From: Raillietiella orientalis
Lineage: Eukaryota
Direction: 5' to 3'
NCBI GenBank assembly: GCA_036172245.1
Contig: JAYWIR010000017.1
Span: forward strand, 930,001-994,000
Length of the DNA: 64,000 nt
Positions 1 to 13,037 of the stretch are shown here, in pieces. The notes below the pieces were generated by a model that was not told where the DNA came from, searched no databases, and saw only the letters and a list, made by a program, of their open reading frames with translations. Each line of letters starts with the position of its first letter. Within the stretch, counting starts at the first letter, position 1. The translations under genes and the position numbers were made by a program.

Positions 1-619
1 CACCTTGTATTTTCCTAACTCTGAATAATATAGGGATCATTAAACACGCATGAAACCAGACAGATTTTTTTTTTTTTTTTTTTTTCACAAAAAAGATGAA
101 AGCAGCTTTTTTTTAGTTTCGAGATGAAATAGCAAACAGATTCGAAAAGGAATCCTGGAATTCTGAATTCTGAAGGAAATCCCAATTTTCGTTTTGAAAA
201 GCTCCCTCAAAAGATTGTGACTATGTATTCTTCCAAACAAAAGCAATCTACCTGCATTCCGTGTACACAGAGGCAAATGTTTGCTTTTAAACTTGTTTTC
301 AAATAACTGATCCGAGTAAAGCTCTCAAGCAAAGTTTGAGGAAAGGGGGCAAATCCGAAATGCAAGAGAAGATGATCCCTTCAAAGCAAATTTGGAAGCC
401 ATTCATTCACTGGGCATATGCAGAGCAGTGATAGCATTGAAGATGTCCTATAGGAAGGAATGGAATTGGGAGTGAAAGCTTGATGCACGCGGAATATCGA
501 TTTTTAATTGTCACCAGGAGTTGATAAAGGGAAAACCAATATTAGAAAACCAGATCCAAAAGAGTTCAAACACTAAAATTGCTTTTCCTATTGAAATTTG
601 AAAGGGTTGGGAAGTGTTT

Positions 620-1360
620 GAGATGCACAGAGGGGATATGTCGATTTCTTTGTCGACTTCCTCTCGTTTTCCAAAATGAACCTGGCTATGCGTTTCCCTT
701 TGTGAGTAAGACCGAAGGGTTTTCCTACTTTCTGTTGGTACATCATGTTCCATAAACTCCTATATGAAGCTAGAATACTTAGCAAGAATAATTCGAGGAA
801 CTGGAATATACAGGTTCAACATTATTTAAAGTACAACGATGATCTATTCCCTTTTTCTGACATGAGACGGCAAATGCATATAGCTTTCGAGCTTTATTAT
901 GATGAAGTAAACAAGCTAAATATATTTTTTAGAAACAGAAGACACTCGGGAAGAAATGGACTTGCATATTTCATTACTGGAGTCTTGTAAGGTTTGACAT
1001 TGGGTAGTTATTAATAGCAATAATTGGGAAGAATTATTAAAGCTTTGGGTAAATAAGATGCAGTCTTCAATATCTCTTCTTACAAAATGTTATCAAGCTT
1101 GTATTATGGTTTTTATATTTGAAGACTTATCTGCTCAAGTAAACTGAAATGAAGGGATTAGAAATGCTATCAGAATATTCATATAATCAATAATCTGCTT
1201 TTAGGCAATGAGAGCTGGCATGCGGAAATTGCGGTTTGCTCTTGAAGATCGTATGTTTATTCATTTATGTACGTTCATTCTTTCTCGCAACACATGTCCT
1301 GGCATTGCTGGATACAACTTCAGAAGATCGTATCTGTGGTCTTCACAATCAGCTCGCATA
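620..1360 (+). other. Possible short exons of an unidentified plus-strand gene (3' part)
   Basis: Short open segments bounded by AG and GT sites, e.g. cag|VQHYLKYNDDLFPFSDMRRQMHIAFELYYDE|gtaa at about 814-906 and tag|AMRAGMRKLRFALED|gtatgt at about 1205-1250, with intron-sized gaps. No family recognised. Confidence 0.25.
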
Positions 1361-2792
1361 AAAAAGGAGAAAACACTCTATCAGAATTTGTCCGCCGGAA
1401 TTGAATCCCAATTATTAATTCAGAACTGCAAGAAAGTCGAAATTTCTCAAATAACTGCAGTTAATTCTTAATTAATTACATAATCAAACCAGTAAATATA
1501 TCTTAACCCAACTCCTTGGATCCGATTTTTGTTACCAAACGAAGCTACAGTTCCACACTAATTTGGTCCGGTACTGAAATAACTAACACTACCATCCGAA
1601 TGGAAAGATCTTTATTTTGAAATGATTCATCAGAATATGAGAAGTTTTTGCTCATCGTAACTACTCTGATTTATAAAAATGCCTTTATTATTGATAATAA
1701 TCACATATTAGATATGCAATTTTATTACCTATAAACTGCACAACAAAAACAAGTTTCTTAGTATTTGGATCATTTAATATTTCAGTCCGCATTCTTCTAT
1801 TTATGATAGGCATAATGTCTTTCAGCATGTTCAATTCTCTGCAAATCTTTGGAAGGATTGCTTCACCCATGCTGATCACATTTTGGATTCTATCTCAGGT
1901 TTGGTTGACTTTCTCTTGAACATAACTTCTAGGACTCAGTTCAAGCTTCTTCTCTTTAAATCTCATTTTTTCTCTAGCATTCACTAACTCTACTCTCATT
2001 AAAAATATTTTGGATCTTTTTCAAACCAGTCTGAGATTAAAACAATGATTTGCTGTAATTACTGCTTTTATTACATATATGCAATTTTGAATGACATTTA
2101 ACATTTCTGCAGAAAGTAATACTTCAACAAATAATTATCAAATCACAATCTCTCACACTTCAAAAAATTTACATACAACACACATTCTGCATGCTCACTA
2201 TTGCTTCACACTTTTTACATTTGAAAACATGCATTTTCAATCCAGGTTTTGTATCGAATAATTAAATTGCCCTTCAAATAATCAACACACACTTAGGCAT
2301 ATCTGAAAATCTTGCATCTAAATTGTTACTTTCAGTATTATGGAAAAAGGCTATTTTGCCATAGTAGACAGTAACATTTAAACAGGCATAACCTTATACA
2401 AGGCTCACTGGTGACATAAATATGAGTACACTACTGAATACAGTGAATGCAGGAATTTTTTTGTTCAATTCCTACTCTGGAATTCAACACTACTTCTGTC
2501 TGTGTTTTCATTTCCCTCAATGGCTGATTGCATTTGCATGATCCTGTTTCCTATTGGTAAAGATGTTTAGTATTTGAAAAGATGAAAACTGCACATTTCA
2601 GTACTGTTGTGATTGGCATCTAACTGCATTTTTACAGTAAACTCGTATCTTAGAGGCATTGTGCAGTACCATTGTGGCAATAATCATCTTGAACAGCTTT
2701 GATTCTCAAGCTCTGGGTTGATCAACTGAGAAAAGTTTCCATCTACTAGTCAGCATACAAATCAGTTCTTAAAGCTGCTCATTAGTTGTTTA

Positions 2793-4804
2793 TTACATAT
2801 TAAGGCTGGTAGTTACATTTTGGTCTCCAGTTTCACCAGATTGGATTCTGGAATATGAAGATCTCGTGCTCCTACAAACCACATGGTACGCATTCATATT
2901 CTTATGTTTCTTCTTGAACCACTGAGGGCAAGCAGCATACAGCTTACCAGCAAAATCATCTGCCACATCATAGTAGTGTAGATTATTAATTATCTGGCAC
3001 TTGAAGCGATTTTTCAAACTTTCAAAACTTCTGCCTGCAAGGCTTACAAGCAAAAACAATCTAGTGTCAAATTACCAATTTCCAGATCTCTGGCCATCCT
3101 CATCCACATCCGATTTCCCTTGATATCATCATAGGATCCTTCATGAAGGAGCCAATCCAAAATTGCTTGGTCCTCTTCGATAGTATAGAAGTTAGCATTT
3201 CTGTTATTCCTTCTGATCTTGTCCTTAGCAGCTCAAACTCTAAATACCTTCGAAATCCACGACCACCTAAAGCAGCTGCCTTTCGACCTGGAACTAGCAG
3301 GTAACACTGTGTGGTACTGTGAGGTTTGGAAAAGTGTTCAGGTAAGCTAGCAACACTCACATCTGGGAGAGGGGGTGCAGGTAACTCTGATGGTGATCTG
3401 TCAACAGGTTCTAACTTTTAGATCATGCACTTAAAGGATATAACTTACATATGGGAGTCTTGTAGTGTGATGTCTTGGTGCATAGAGTACTCAGATTCCT
3501 GCTGATTACTAGGCAAAGATACATTATCAGGGCCTGAAAAACTTGGAAGATCCAAACATTCTTCTGTAGAGGCACTGCTGTGTGATTCATCTGCATGTAC
3601 ATGAGCTTGCTGAACAAGTAAGCAACTGTTATTAGCTGATTTTAATTCAAATGCTCCGGAATCATGATCACTATTTCTTATTTCATGATTTGTATCATTT
3701 TCCACTGTCTTGGAAGGATCATCATTGGATGATTGGAATGGATCCTGCTGAATGACACTTGAGCTGATGCAAGTTGATAGACTTGGTTTACAACTATCAT
3801 CTGTGGATATATTTGACAAGCACTGGTTTATCCAACTTTTCTTTATTTTCCATGTCTCCTTAGACCATTTTCTGGAGTGACTAGAATCTGTCAAAACATA
3901 TCTTTCTTTATCTTCACTTGAGCTCTCTGAAAGCTGCAACTCAATACTAGATGCAGAAGAACTGTCTGCATCCAGGTGACAAGCTGGCAAAGATCTACGC
4001 ACCATGACTAGCATGGAATCAATCAACTAATCACTTACTGTGTTGTTAATAGTTGCACCTCTTCTTCAGAAAGATCAAATGTATTCAAATGAGGCATGAT
4101 ATGCCTCCTAAAGCGTTCCAAAAGAGATCTTGCAGTACGTCCAGGGCATATTCCCTTTTTGGCCATTTTATTCCAACAGAAAAGAGACTGAGGTTTGTTT
4201 GCATCAGCTCCTTGAAGTATGAAATGAATAATTGATTCGTCTTCCTGGTGACTATATGCTTGGCGCCTAGAAGCAACATGTAGTCCCAGAAACTGAAGAT
4301 AAATCCATAAGCTAACCTTGAAACCTTCCTAGAATATGATTGTGGCACTAAGCAGTCCTCTTTAAAGGCTTGTTCCCATGTCTTTCTACCCATCATAATT
4401 TCTAAAGCATTTACACATTGGGGAGGTCTAGAAATCCTAGGAAACTTATTTTCACTTCTATTCCTTAAAAGTATACAAATGCCTTACAAATACTTGTTTA
4501 TATCCAAGAGGCAATTTTGTTCTATACAATCATATATGAATTGGATGCTATAATAGTGCATCATACTTTCTGCATACTTTTCACGTGATTCCACTAAATG
4601 AATAGAATGTGGTTTATCTATGGAAGTCACAATGCCACCATAATTCTGGAGTTTGGGCAACAGCTTTTATTTTTGACAAACAACTAATCTTACATGAATT
4701 AAATCTTTCAAAGGCATTTGAGTTGCTCCAGGCCGCATTCTGAAAGTAATAGGTTTTCCATCATCTTGTAGGAATAACAAAGATGTGCTAAGTTCGGCAT
4801 CCAT
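2793..4804 (-). CDS. RAP1: RAP1/TERF2IP-like telomeric protein (N-terminal BRCT + two Myb-like domains), 8 predicted exons; 3' end uncertain
   Basis: Hand-spliced minus-strand exons 4804-4694, 4645-4488, 4436-4317, 4266-4039, 3994-3449, 3397-3248, 3200-3076 and 3034-2793 are all GT-AG with consistent phases. The N-terminus MDAELSTSLLFLQDDGKPITFRMRPG..LKDLIH/NYGGIV..YYSIQFIYDCIEQNCLLDINKY follows the RAP1 BRCT pattern (human STLFVRDDGSSMSFYVRP..LILHGGG..ISTQYILDCVERN). Myb1 is RQAYSHQEDESIIHFI..WNKMAKKGICPGRTARSLLERFRRHI. Myb2 is NFYTIEEDQAILDWL..IKGNRMWMRMARDLEIGRSFESLKNRFKCQI. Confidence 0.8.
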
Positions 4805-7800
4805 GGAAACCGGGTAAACTCAGTTTTGCAAGTTCTCGAATTTTTATATCCACATGGATTTACATTTAGGAAATATATTTTTCAAAACGATAATTTTCTT
4901 TTAATATTTCACATTTTTTTTTCCGGGTTGCTAAAAACTATGGGCATTATTAGATATGTAGATGTGATACAACAATATTGCTATACATTAAAACAAACAC
5001 ATTGAGCAGGACGGTATTTCAACTAATAATTCAGAAAAACGGACACACACTTTAGTAACTGAGACTCAACTGACGGGGCCGAATTCTCATGTTACTGGTT
5101 TGCATCACAATTCACAAAGTTTCCTTAATTTCCTAATTTTAGGCACAGTAAATACTGCTTCATCCACAAACATACAAATGAGACAGAAGCATCAAAGACT
5201 TCATGGGCATTTCGAACACGTAACCAATTCATTTCCAAAATGTTTTGTACTGCATAACCAATTCCATGATTCATACACTCAGGGATTGTAAATGTCACAA
5301 TCATAATACACTCGAACATAGTATACCCTACGTACATTAAATCTCAGGAAAGCTGTATATCACATTTCAAAAACGCAGCTCGTATTATTCGTTAGCAATG
5401 TGCTGCAACAAATCTAAACGTTATCCCTCTGTTAATCCTCTGCATTAACAGAAAGTACATCTTTGAATATGGGTGAAACAGTGTAGCAAAGACATTTTAT
5501 CACAAGCATGAACTGAAAGAAAAAAAAAAAGGCATAGTGGCTAATGCTAGAATGGTGATTGATGCTAGAATTTGGTCCTGCGCTTAAATTTAATACGAAA
5601 ATATGTTTTCTCACGTTACATTTCTGGGATCTATTTATCATGTAAACAGCCGCTATTGCCAATCTTATCCAGGCATTCCAACGGAATGAAACAACGAGTA
5701 AAGGATGGCGAAGAAAAACCTATATTTATTATCAAAGCAACAGCAGGAAACTGAAAAATTTGAAATAAACGAGAAGAGTGCACTCCAAAATGTTCTGTGA
5801 GAAAACTTTCCAAATAAAATGAAATTCTATGATTACACAAACTTTGCATTTATTCTGCATTCGGTATTAAGGTTTGCATTACATGTACATATACCTATTA
5901 TTTTCAATGAAAACCAATACATGTTCATGCATTATTTTCTTTCAATGATTTTTAACATTAGAATGATTTAAATTCGTGCTCAATCCCTGCAGTCGATTTT
6001 ATCTTAAAACCTTGATGGCACTAAAAATATACAGTATTAGCTGCAAGCCAATGTAAATGCTTCTGATGCTGGTTCCACAAGATTCACATGTTCCAGTCAA
6101 AGGAATCATAGACTTCTAGGATTCCAAGTATTTCAAACATCTCGAACGACTGTTGCAACCCACAGTTCTTCATTTCGTGAATTCTAGAAAGTCCAGTATG
6201 TGACTAAATTACACGTTTGCTTAATAGCTCATAAAGATTTTAATTCCAGTTTTACGCAATCCTTTTTCGTTTCCTTTTCCGCATGCAATCCTTCTGTTTT
6301 CCAAAATGTTATTTCATATTGTCCTCGGAATGACGAAAATATTCCATCAGAGTAATTTCCTATTTCATGCAGTTCAGTTTTGAGGTTTCATTGTATTTAA
6401 ACAGGATTACTTAGAAATGAATGCATGAAATGTATAATATATTAGAACAGAAATATAGGCTGTAGGAAAAAAAGGAAACAATTTTTTTTTATACAAACAA
6501 ATGAGGTACCGACAAGAGAATACTTACATTCCCACTCAGTGACGTGAACCTAGTAAGGGATACACAGTCTTAGAAAAACTTCAATCGCAATCAAAATTTT
6601 GGGGCTTACCCTCAGAACTTAGGAAAATGCAACACGGAAATTTGCTATTGGCTATCTTTAGAGAAGAGTTTCATGACAGTGTACTGTACTAATTTCAGTC
6701 ATCGTTTCTTAAACTGTAATGGGAAGTGAAAGGAAAAAAGCAAAGACTGTGCACACCTAGGTTTACTGGAAATTTCAAAGACAGTGCTTTCTAGGCAGGA
6801 CATTTTACAGACCTGTGGTGTTTTGAGAGAGTAATTTAGGTGTTTTATGATTTAAAAGAATGCCATTTAAATTAACTTCTTGATTGTAATTAGTCGACTC
6901 TGAAGCTATCCAGTAATTCTAATTTACTTGTTATCCAAATGTTCGTAGATTTTAGCTTACACTCATTATTTCCACTTTATGTTTGCCGCTATAAACTTCA
7001 AGAGTTTTAAGCTGATGTGGTTCCACCCTTAGTGATTCAGGAAGCAAAATACTCATGGAAGTAAAGAAGAAAAAAAAAAAAAAGGAAAAGTGCAAGAATC
7101 TGTTAAAGTACCCATGATAACCTTTCACACAATAGATTATACCGAAAGTTGCCAGCAGGCTGAACATTCATGTAGAAGCTTCAAGTTAATAGCTGTGCTA
7201 CGGAGAAGCAGGGTGTTCATTCCATTGACACTCCTGTTGATCCGATTACTTGAACTCAGCTATTTCCTGGAAACGATCTCATTGTGTGAGCATTGTCTCG
7301 CTTATCAGTAGCTTCGTGTACGTTCAGAAACAAACACCGAAGGATTTTTAGGGAAGACTTTACAGGAACAGTCACCAGAGAAAACCAAAAACATAGGTCT
7401 AACAGAAATCGTATTTGAAAAATGGGATTCGAAATATATAAAAAAAGAGCACATTTTTATTGAGGAGTCATAAAACGATAAAAGTATGGCATGAAATCTG
7501 AAATATGAAAAGTTTGCTTATTAGTCTTTTTCTTTTTTATGACAAACCAGCAAACGAGCTGATAGATTAAAGCTTAGTATACGACAGCCACAACCGAACG
7601 AGACAAGCTAACTCCTACCCTTTCGGATTAATGAGGGATGAGCACAGCTACAAAGAATTCTACTGAAAAAAAAAGGGGTACCAAAAGTCAGATCAAAAGA
7701 GGCAGAAAAAGATGCCATGTTTACGGAGATGGAACAGAAACGAAAGATACTGGGAACTTCTAATCCCCACAAATCGGCAACAGCGAATAGAAAACTCACA

Positions 7801-10800
7801 AGAAGAAGGGGGGATTCCATGGTTGATACAATGCAGCTTCTCTAAACAAACCTAGGTTCATAAAGAATGAAAAGAGTAAATAAATACTATGCAGGACACA
7901 AGGAAAGAACGCAAGCATCAAACTCCAATTCAACAAAGATACTACGGCACGAGAATCTGCACGACAACAACAAGTGGATTCCAGACTTGTCTTTGTTTCG
8001 TACTTTAGAGTGAGATCGAATTAATAAATTAATGAGCAACACACATATAGCACATGCAGAGAAGCAGTTGCATCTGAAACGAGTGTCATCTTTGTGAACT
8101 GCGCTACTCAGGATGTAATTAGGAAAACAACGTTTCGTTATATATGTAACCATCCAAGCAAATAAAATGTCAAACTGACATGCTGCAGTCACCGACTGCA
8201 TTCAAAAAGAATAAATAAATAGCTGCAGCAAGCACACAGAAGACTCATAAATGATGAGAAAGGGCAGTGAAACCGGTAGCCATTTTCTGTACAGTACTCA
8301 CTAATAAAACTCAAACGGTTGCTAAGGCTCTCATTCAGTTATTGCATCTTCACTGTTCTATGAACAGACCTTTCTTTGTTTTTGTCGAAGAAATCAAAAC
8401 GAAGAAGCTGTCGATTTGCGCATGGAAGTTCCGTTGCAAAAATTCAGTAGCACGACTCGGATATCGTAGAAAACTACCATCCCCGTTGTTGAAATGATTC
8501 GAACAGAAGACCAGGTATAAAACATGAAGACGAGATCACCTTCCAGCTTGCAATCAAATATTCGATCCTTGTGTTTCCATCTCTCGAGGCATAAGCTTCA
8601 TTTCTCGGCAACTGTCATCACAAGCCAAAAGCATTGTGTTACCTTATTTTCAGCCAATTATCATAGGAAAAAAAAAAACTGTCATTAGCCACGACTTCCA
8701 GAACCTATCGTGTCATCGTGGCTGTTGCATGTAATGACCAGCCCCGAATGACCATGGATCTCTATTAGTCTCTTCGAGGGAGTAGAAATGAAAACCATGG
8801 CCATAGAGTAATGGATTGCTCTGGAACAACAGACAGGAAATGTTTCTAAAGCATTTTGTATTCATGTTCCCTATTCACCATACCGACTGGTGCGATGTCT
8901 GTTGCTGCAGGCAGCAAGCTTTCTGGCAAGTGAATTGTGGCTAAAGCCTTGTAATGACTGCGATGATTTTGAATTGTTGTCATTGTGAAATGCATGCAAA
9001 AGAATGGAATGAAAGAGTGTCGGTACTTCAAGATTGCATGCTAGGTTTCACTTTTATCATTCACGATTTTGCAACGGATGTGTACATCCGTCAGCAGAAA
9101 TAATTTTCATAATTGAAAGAAAAGGAGAGACAAAAATCAATCTAGACGGCAACTAATGATTTCTCTTTATTAAACAAAGGAAAAAAATATTAAAAATATT
9201 GATGTATTAGAACCTAAATAAAAGCATCATTTTGCTTCGAATTGTGGCCTTCGAAGATTCCAAGAAATTGGATGCAATTTTTCATTCCAGAACTCCTGAT
9301 GTCACTTTATCCAAAAATATAGGTTTCTCTGCTGCTCCGTAGTTCAGAAGCAACAACACTCGTTGGTTAGGAAAATCCATCCCAAAGATTCATCTCAAAT
9401 ATGAAACGATCAATTGGAATTTCGAAATTCATTAATACGAAATAGCATTTTTCGATAACGACTGGGATCAGATAATCCTTCTGTCATGAAGAGGATTTAG
9501 GTTATCATCGTTGAAAGAAACAACAAACTGATGACGCAGCTGAAACGTTCACTTCTTTTCTGAACATCGCTGGCTGTAGTTCTTCGACCAACAACTCGTT
9601 CCATGGCAGCCGCTATGGTTTCTAAGAATGCAAACCATGAGGAGCATTGAACGCAAAAATCACATAAACAAAAAAATAAGCAGTTGGACAGAAAGAAGAA
9701 GAGGGACTGCAAAAGAGTAGTTTCGATTTCCCGAGAAGATCCTCTAGACAAATTTTGCCTGTATCAGCAGAATAAGGGTACTTGTTTAGGTGTAGACACG
9801 CATTGATTTTTTCGTAAAGCTCATTCATCACTGGTGCTTCACACTATTTACTGAATTGTGGAATAAACCTGGGAAATTTCCACCCAAGAAACGTCAATTT
9901 CATGGTAAACAAAAATGAAACTTGACTTGCATACACACGGAATGTCTAAAGGAAGCTGCTTAGCGGAGCAAATAAATAAGTCTCTAAAGAATGGTGGAGG
10001 TGGGCACACTGCAAGTGAGAATTTCGGATACGACCGAGACTGCTTGGCAACAATGAAGAGATGACAGATGTGCAGTGATGGGATGATTTCAGTCTATGTA
10101 CATACAGAAAGCGACTCCAAAGCTCAGAATCCGAGTTCAGCATCACTTGCTGCCGCCTAACTGTGCAGTAATATAAGAGAACGCATTCGATGTCTTCCGA
10201 GACGAACTCATGATCTCGGGGGATGCATAAACTGGAAGACACGCACAGTTACGCCACATATGCAGATCTTCTAGCTACAGCATGCTGAGGAGGAAAGAAA
10301 GAAGTTGACTCGCAAACAAACAAGCAAACGGAAAATTGTTTCAAAAAACGAAAAAAAAATACAAATGAGTGATCCCAAACTCTCAATTGACTGTTACCAC
10401 TCATCGTGTTAGCTAACAACATCAGAGATGCACACTGTTGCAAGCGATTTTGTTAACCAAAAGAGTACGTCTTTTTTTTTCCAATCACAGGACGTCATTT
10501 GATACAACTAAGTGCAAAGATGAGCTGTTTCACGGGCGTATACTGCAGGCATCTTGTTCGGACTTGGTTTCCCGATTTTTTTTTAGTTGTGTGGTGGCAC
10601 TTCACGAACCGTATTAACACACAAGGTATCAGTATGGGATATCGAAACAACAGCTTCTTGCTTTGAGGAGAGGCCAACCGTTAGTACAACGTGAATGTTC
10701 CACAAATCGAACCTGAATTACCTACTCCTAGCGCAACACATAGAGAGGCGTGGTTGCAACCCAAGTACACCTTGGACATGCTTTTGTGAAGTACCTACCC

Positions 10801-12486
10801 GGTACTGTTTTTCCAACCAGCAGTATGGTGCTGGCTCGAGGAATTTTCTGATCGAAAGCGAAAAGAAATGTTTTGACAGACCATGTTTGAGCTCGTAAGT
10901 CACTCGAGAAACTGCTTCATGAAAGAACAACCAAGGCACATATCCTTGGAGCAATTTACAGCTTGATGTTGTAGCCGATTAAGCTTCTTCCATGAGGAAG
11001 AACTTCAGGAAGTACGCGTCATCGGTCTGCTGAATGGCATGTCTACGGAACATACGAGAAGCAATGAGAAATATCTCTTAAATCTATGCAAGGAAGCTAG
11101 AGATGGAAGGTAACAGTGGAAGGTAGTAGTCATCCAGCAAGCCGACCTTAAGCAAAGAAACCAAATCAAACTTAGAAGGTTCTGATGCAAAAGGAGGGAG
11201 AGCATCCGAAAATCTTTAAATAGCAACAAGCTCTTGGTTGCATATCCTCCGGAACGGGGATCAAATGAGAGGATCCGATGCTGGCAGCATTCAAGCACTG
11301 GAACAGCGAGTGAATAAGCCATCTCAGAGACCACTGCCGACGAACGGAGAAAACTCAAAAGCAGTTGCTACTTGGAGATTTCTTTTCCTAGGAAAAGTCC
11401 TAGGAAACTCTCAGTGTCACAAATCTTCCCGGATTTAAGTTGCTTGCACTTTTGATGGCAAGAGTGAAAACAAATATGTCCACCTATCCGTTTGTGTGTG
11501 TAGAGATGTGCTCTTTGCATACACGTGCACACAGACCAGGAAGACAAGATAGAAAATGAATGACTGAATGAGGAAGAAGAGTAAACAGTGATAGAGGTAG
11601 GAAGGAAAAAGAAAAGGAAAATCAGATCTGTCTGCTCGCAAAACTGACAATGAGTGGCAACTTATATCCATTGACCAAATGCTTCGTGTCGCAGCTCAGT
11701 CAAGCTGTGAAGCTCAAAGGACACAGCGGGCGTGAAATGCAAGGCTCGGATGACTTCCTCAAAATGTACGTGGCTGCAGGTCTTCGTTTCGGAGCAAAGG
11801 TTTCTTCGCCAAGCAGCGAACAGACAAGCCACGGACACCGCTGTGTGCATTCGTGTCGGGGAGTCCTTTCCACTTTACGAAACGGGATATTGTGCTCGGG
11901 TACTGGATGTGTGGTCACTCGATAGCGCATTCACCTTGCTCGATCCTTCGATTTGCTCTCGGGGGCTGCCAGATCGATTTTCTTCTTTCTTTCTTTCCTT
12001 CCATTTTCTTCTTGCATGGCCGCGTGTGAAGTAGCCAAAGCATGTTCGAGCACCAGGACAGCGGCGCTGTTTGGGATCGCGCGCTTGAGATTCAGCTGAG
12101 AGCGAGCGACGGCAGGAACGCATTTCACTCGATTCCTGAAGGAATGGCAGACTCTGAGCTTCGAGGCAATCAAGGAACGGGACCAACTTCCGAATTTTTA
12201 ATTCCGACTGCCCCCCCATCAAACTTTCCTGTAAACAAGGAAATTGGGAAAGGGGAGCGCGAGTGCCCCTTTCCAAATCCTTAATAACGGGCGGCGCGCA
12301 GAACGTTTGGGGGCAAGGCGAGGTGCTTTCCAGAGCTCGACGGATCTGATTCGCCCGCGGCAGCTCGGCCGATCGGCAGGCTCCGTCTCAAATAAAACGG
12401 CTGCGCCCTCATTGCGGCTCTCAGATCCTGCTGCTCAGGCAACCCTAGCTGCAATCCGGTGCGTCTGCGAGTTGCTCTGCTCTTCT

Positions 12487-12846
12487 ATGCCACGCATGCC
12501 GATGTCCCCCGTAGCTTCCGGAACGCATGGAGCAGAGAAGACGACCAGGAAGAAAGCGAAGCGGAAGCGAGATTACTCGGTGTACATATACAGGGTGCTG
12601 AAGAACGTGCACGCGGATATCAGCATCTCCAGGAAGGCTATGGACGTTATGAACGCCTTCGTCGAAGACATGTTCCATCGCCTCGCCAGTGAGACGTCGA
12701 ACGTCACCCACTACAGCCGGCGGGCCACCGTCACCAGCCGAGATGTGCAGGCGGCGGTGAAGTTGCTGCTGCCTGGACAGCTGGCCAGGCACGCTATTGT
12801 CGAAGGCATCAAGGCGGTCACCAAGTACACGGCTCATCACCCGTGA
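12487..12846 (+). CDS. H2B: Divergent intronless histone H2B variant (119 aa)
   Basis: From the ATG at 12487: ...[88 protein letters not shown]. This is a full H2B histone fold with many substitutions. An AT-rich TATA-like AAATAAAA lies about 95 nt upstream. Confidence 0.92.
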   Translation: MPRMPMSPVASGTHGAEKTTRKKAKRKRDYSVYIYRVLKNVHADISISRKAMDVMNAFVEDMFHRLASETSNVTHYSRRATVTSRDVQAAVKLLLPGQLARHAIVEGIKAVTKYTAHHP

Positions 12847-13037
12847 TCACCGCGGGTGATGAAAGATTTGAGCTCATGCGGGTATTCTTGACAAATACAG
12901 ATCTTTATCCCAGGAAGGGGTTCTCCCTGCTACTGCTCTTGCTGCCCTGCTTCGTCTCTTCCCTCCCGATCTTTTCCACAGCCGTGTATCCCGGAAATTT
13001 TTCATCGTCCCCTGTGTGGCGGGCCCCACTGGGAGCT

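Noticed and set aside
9528..9550. CTGATGA..GAAAC hammerhead-like core
   Set aside because: Flanking stems I and II cannot be formed. Other CTGANGA hits I checked (about 36190, 36675 and 47563) fail in the same way.
6950..9860. Scattered exon-like minus-strand segments
   Set aside because: I could not assemble a phase-consistent model or recognise a family.
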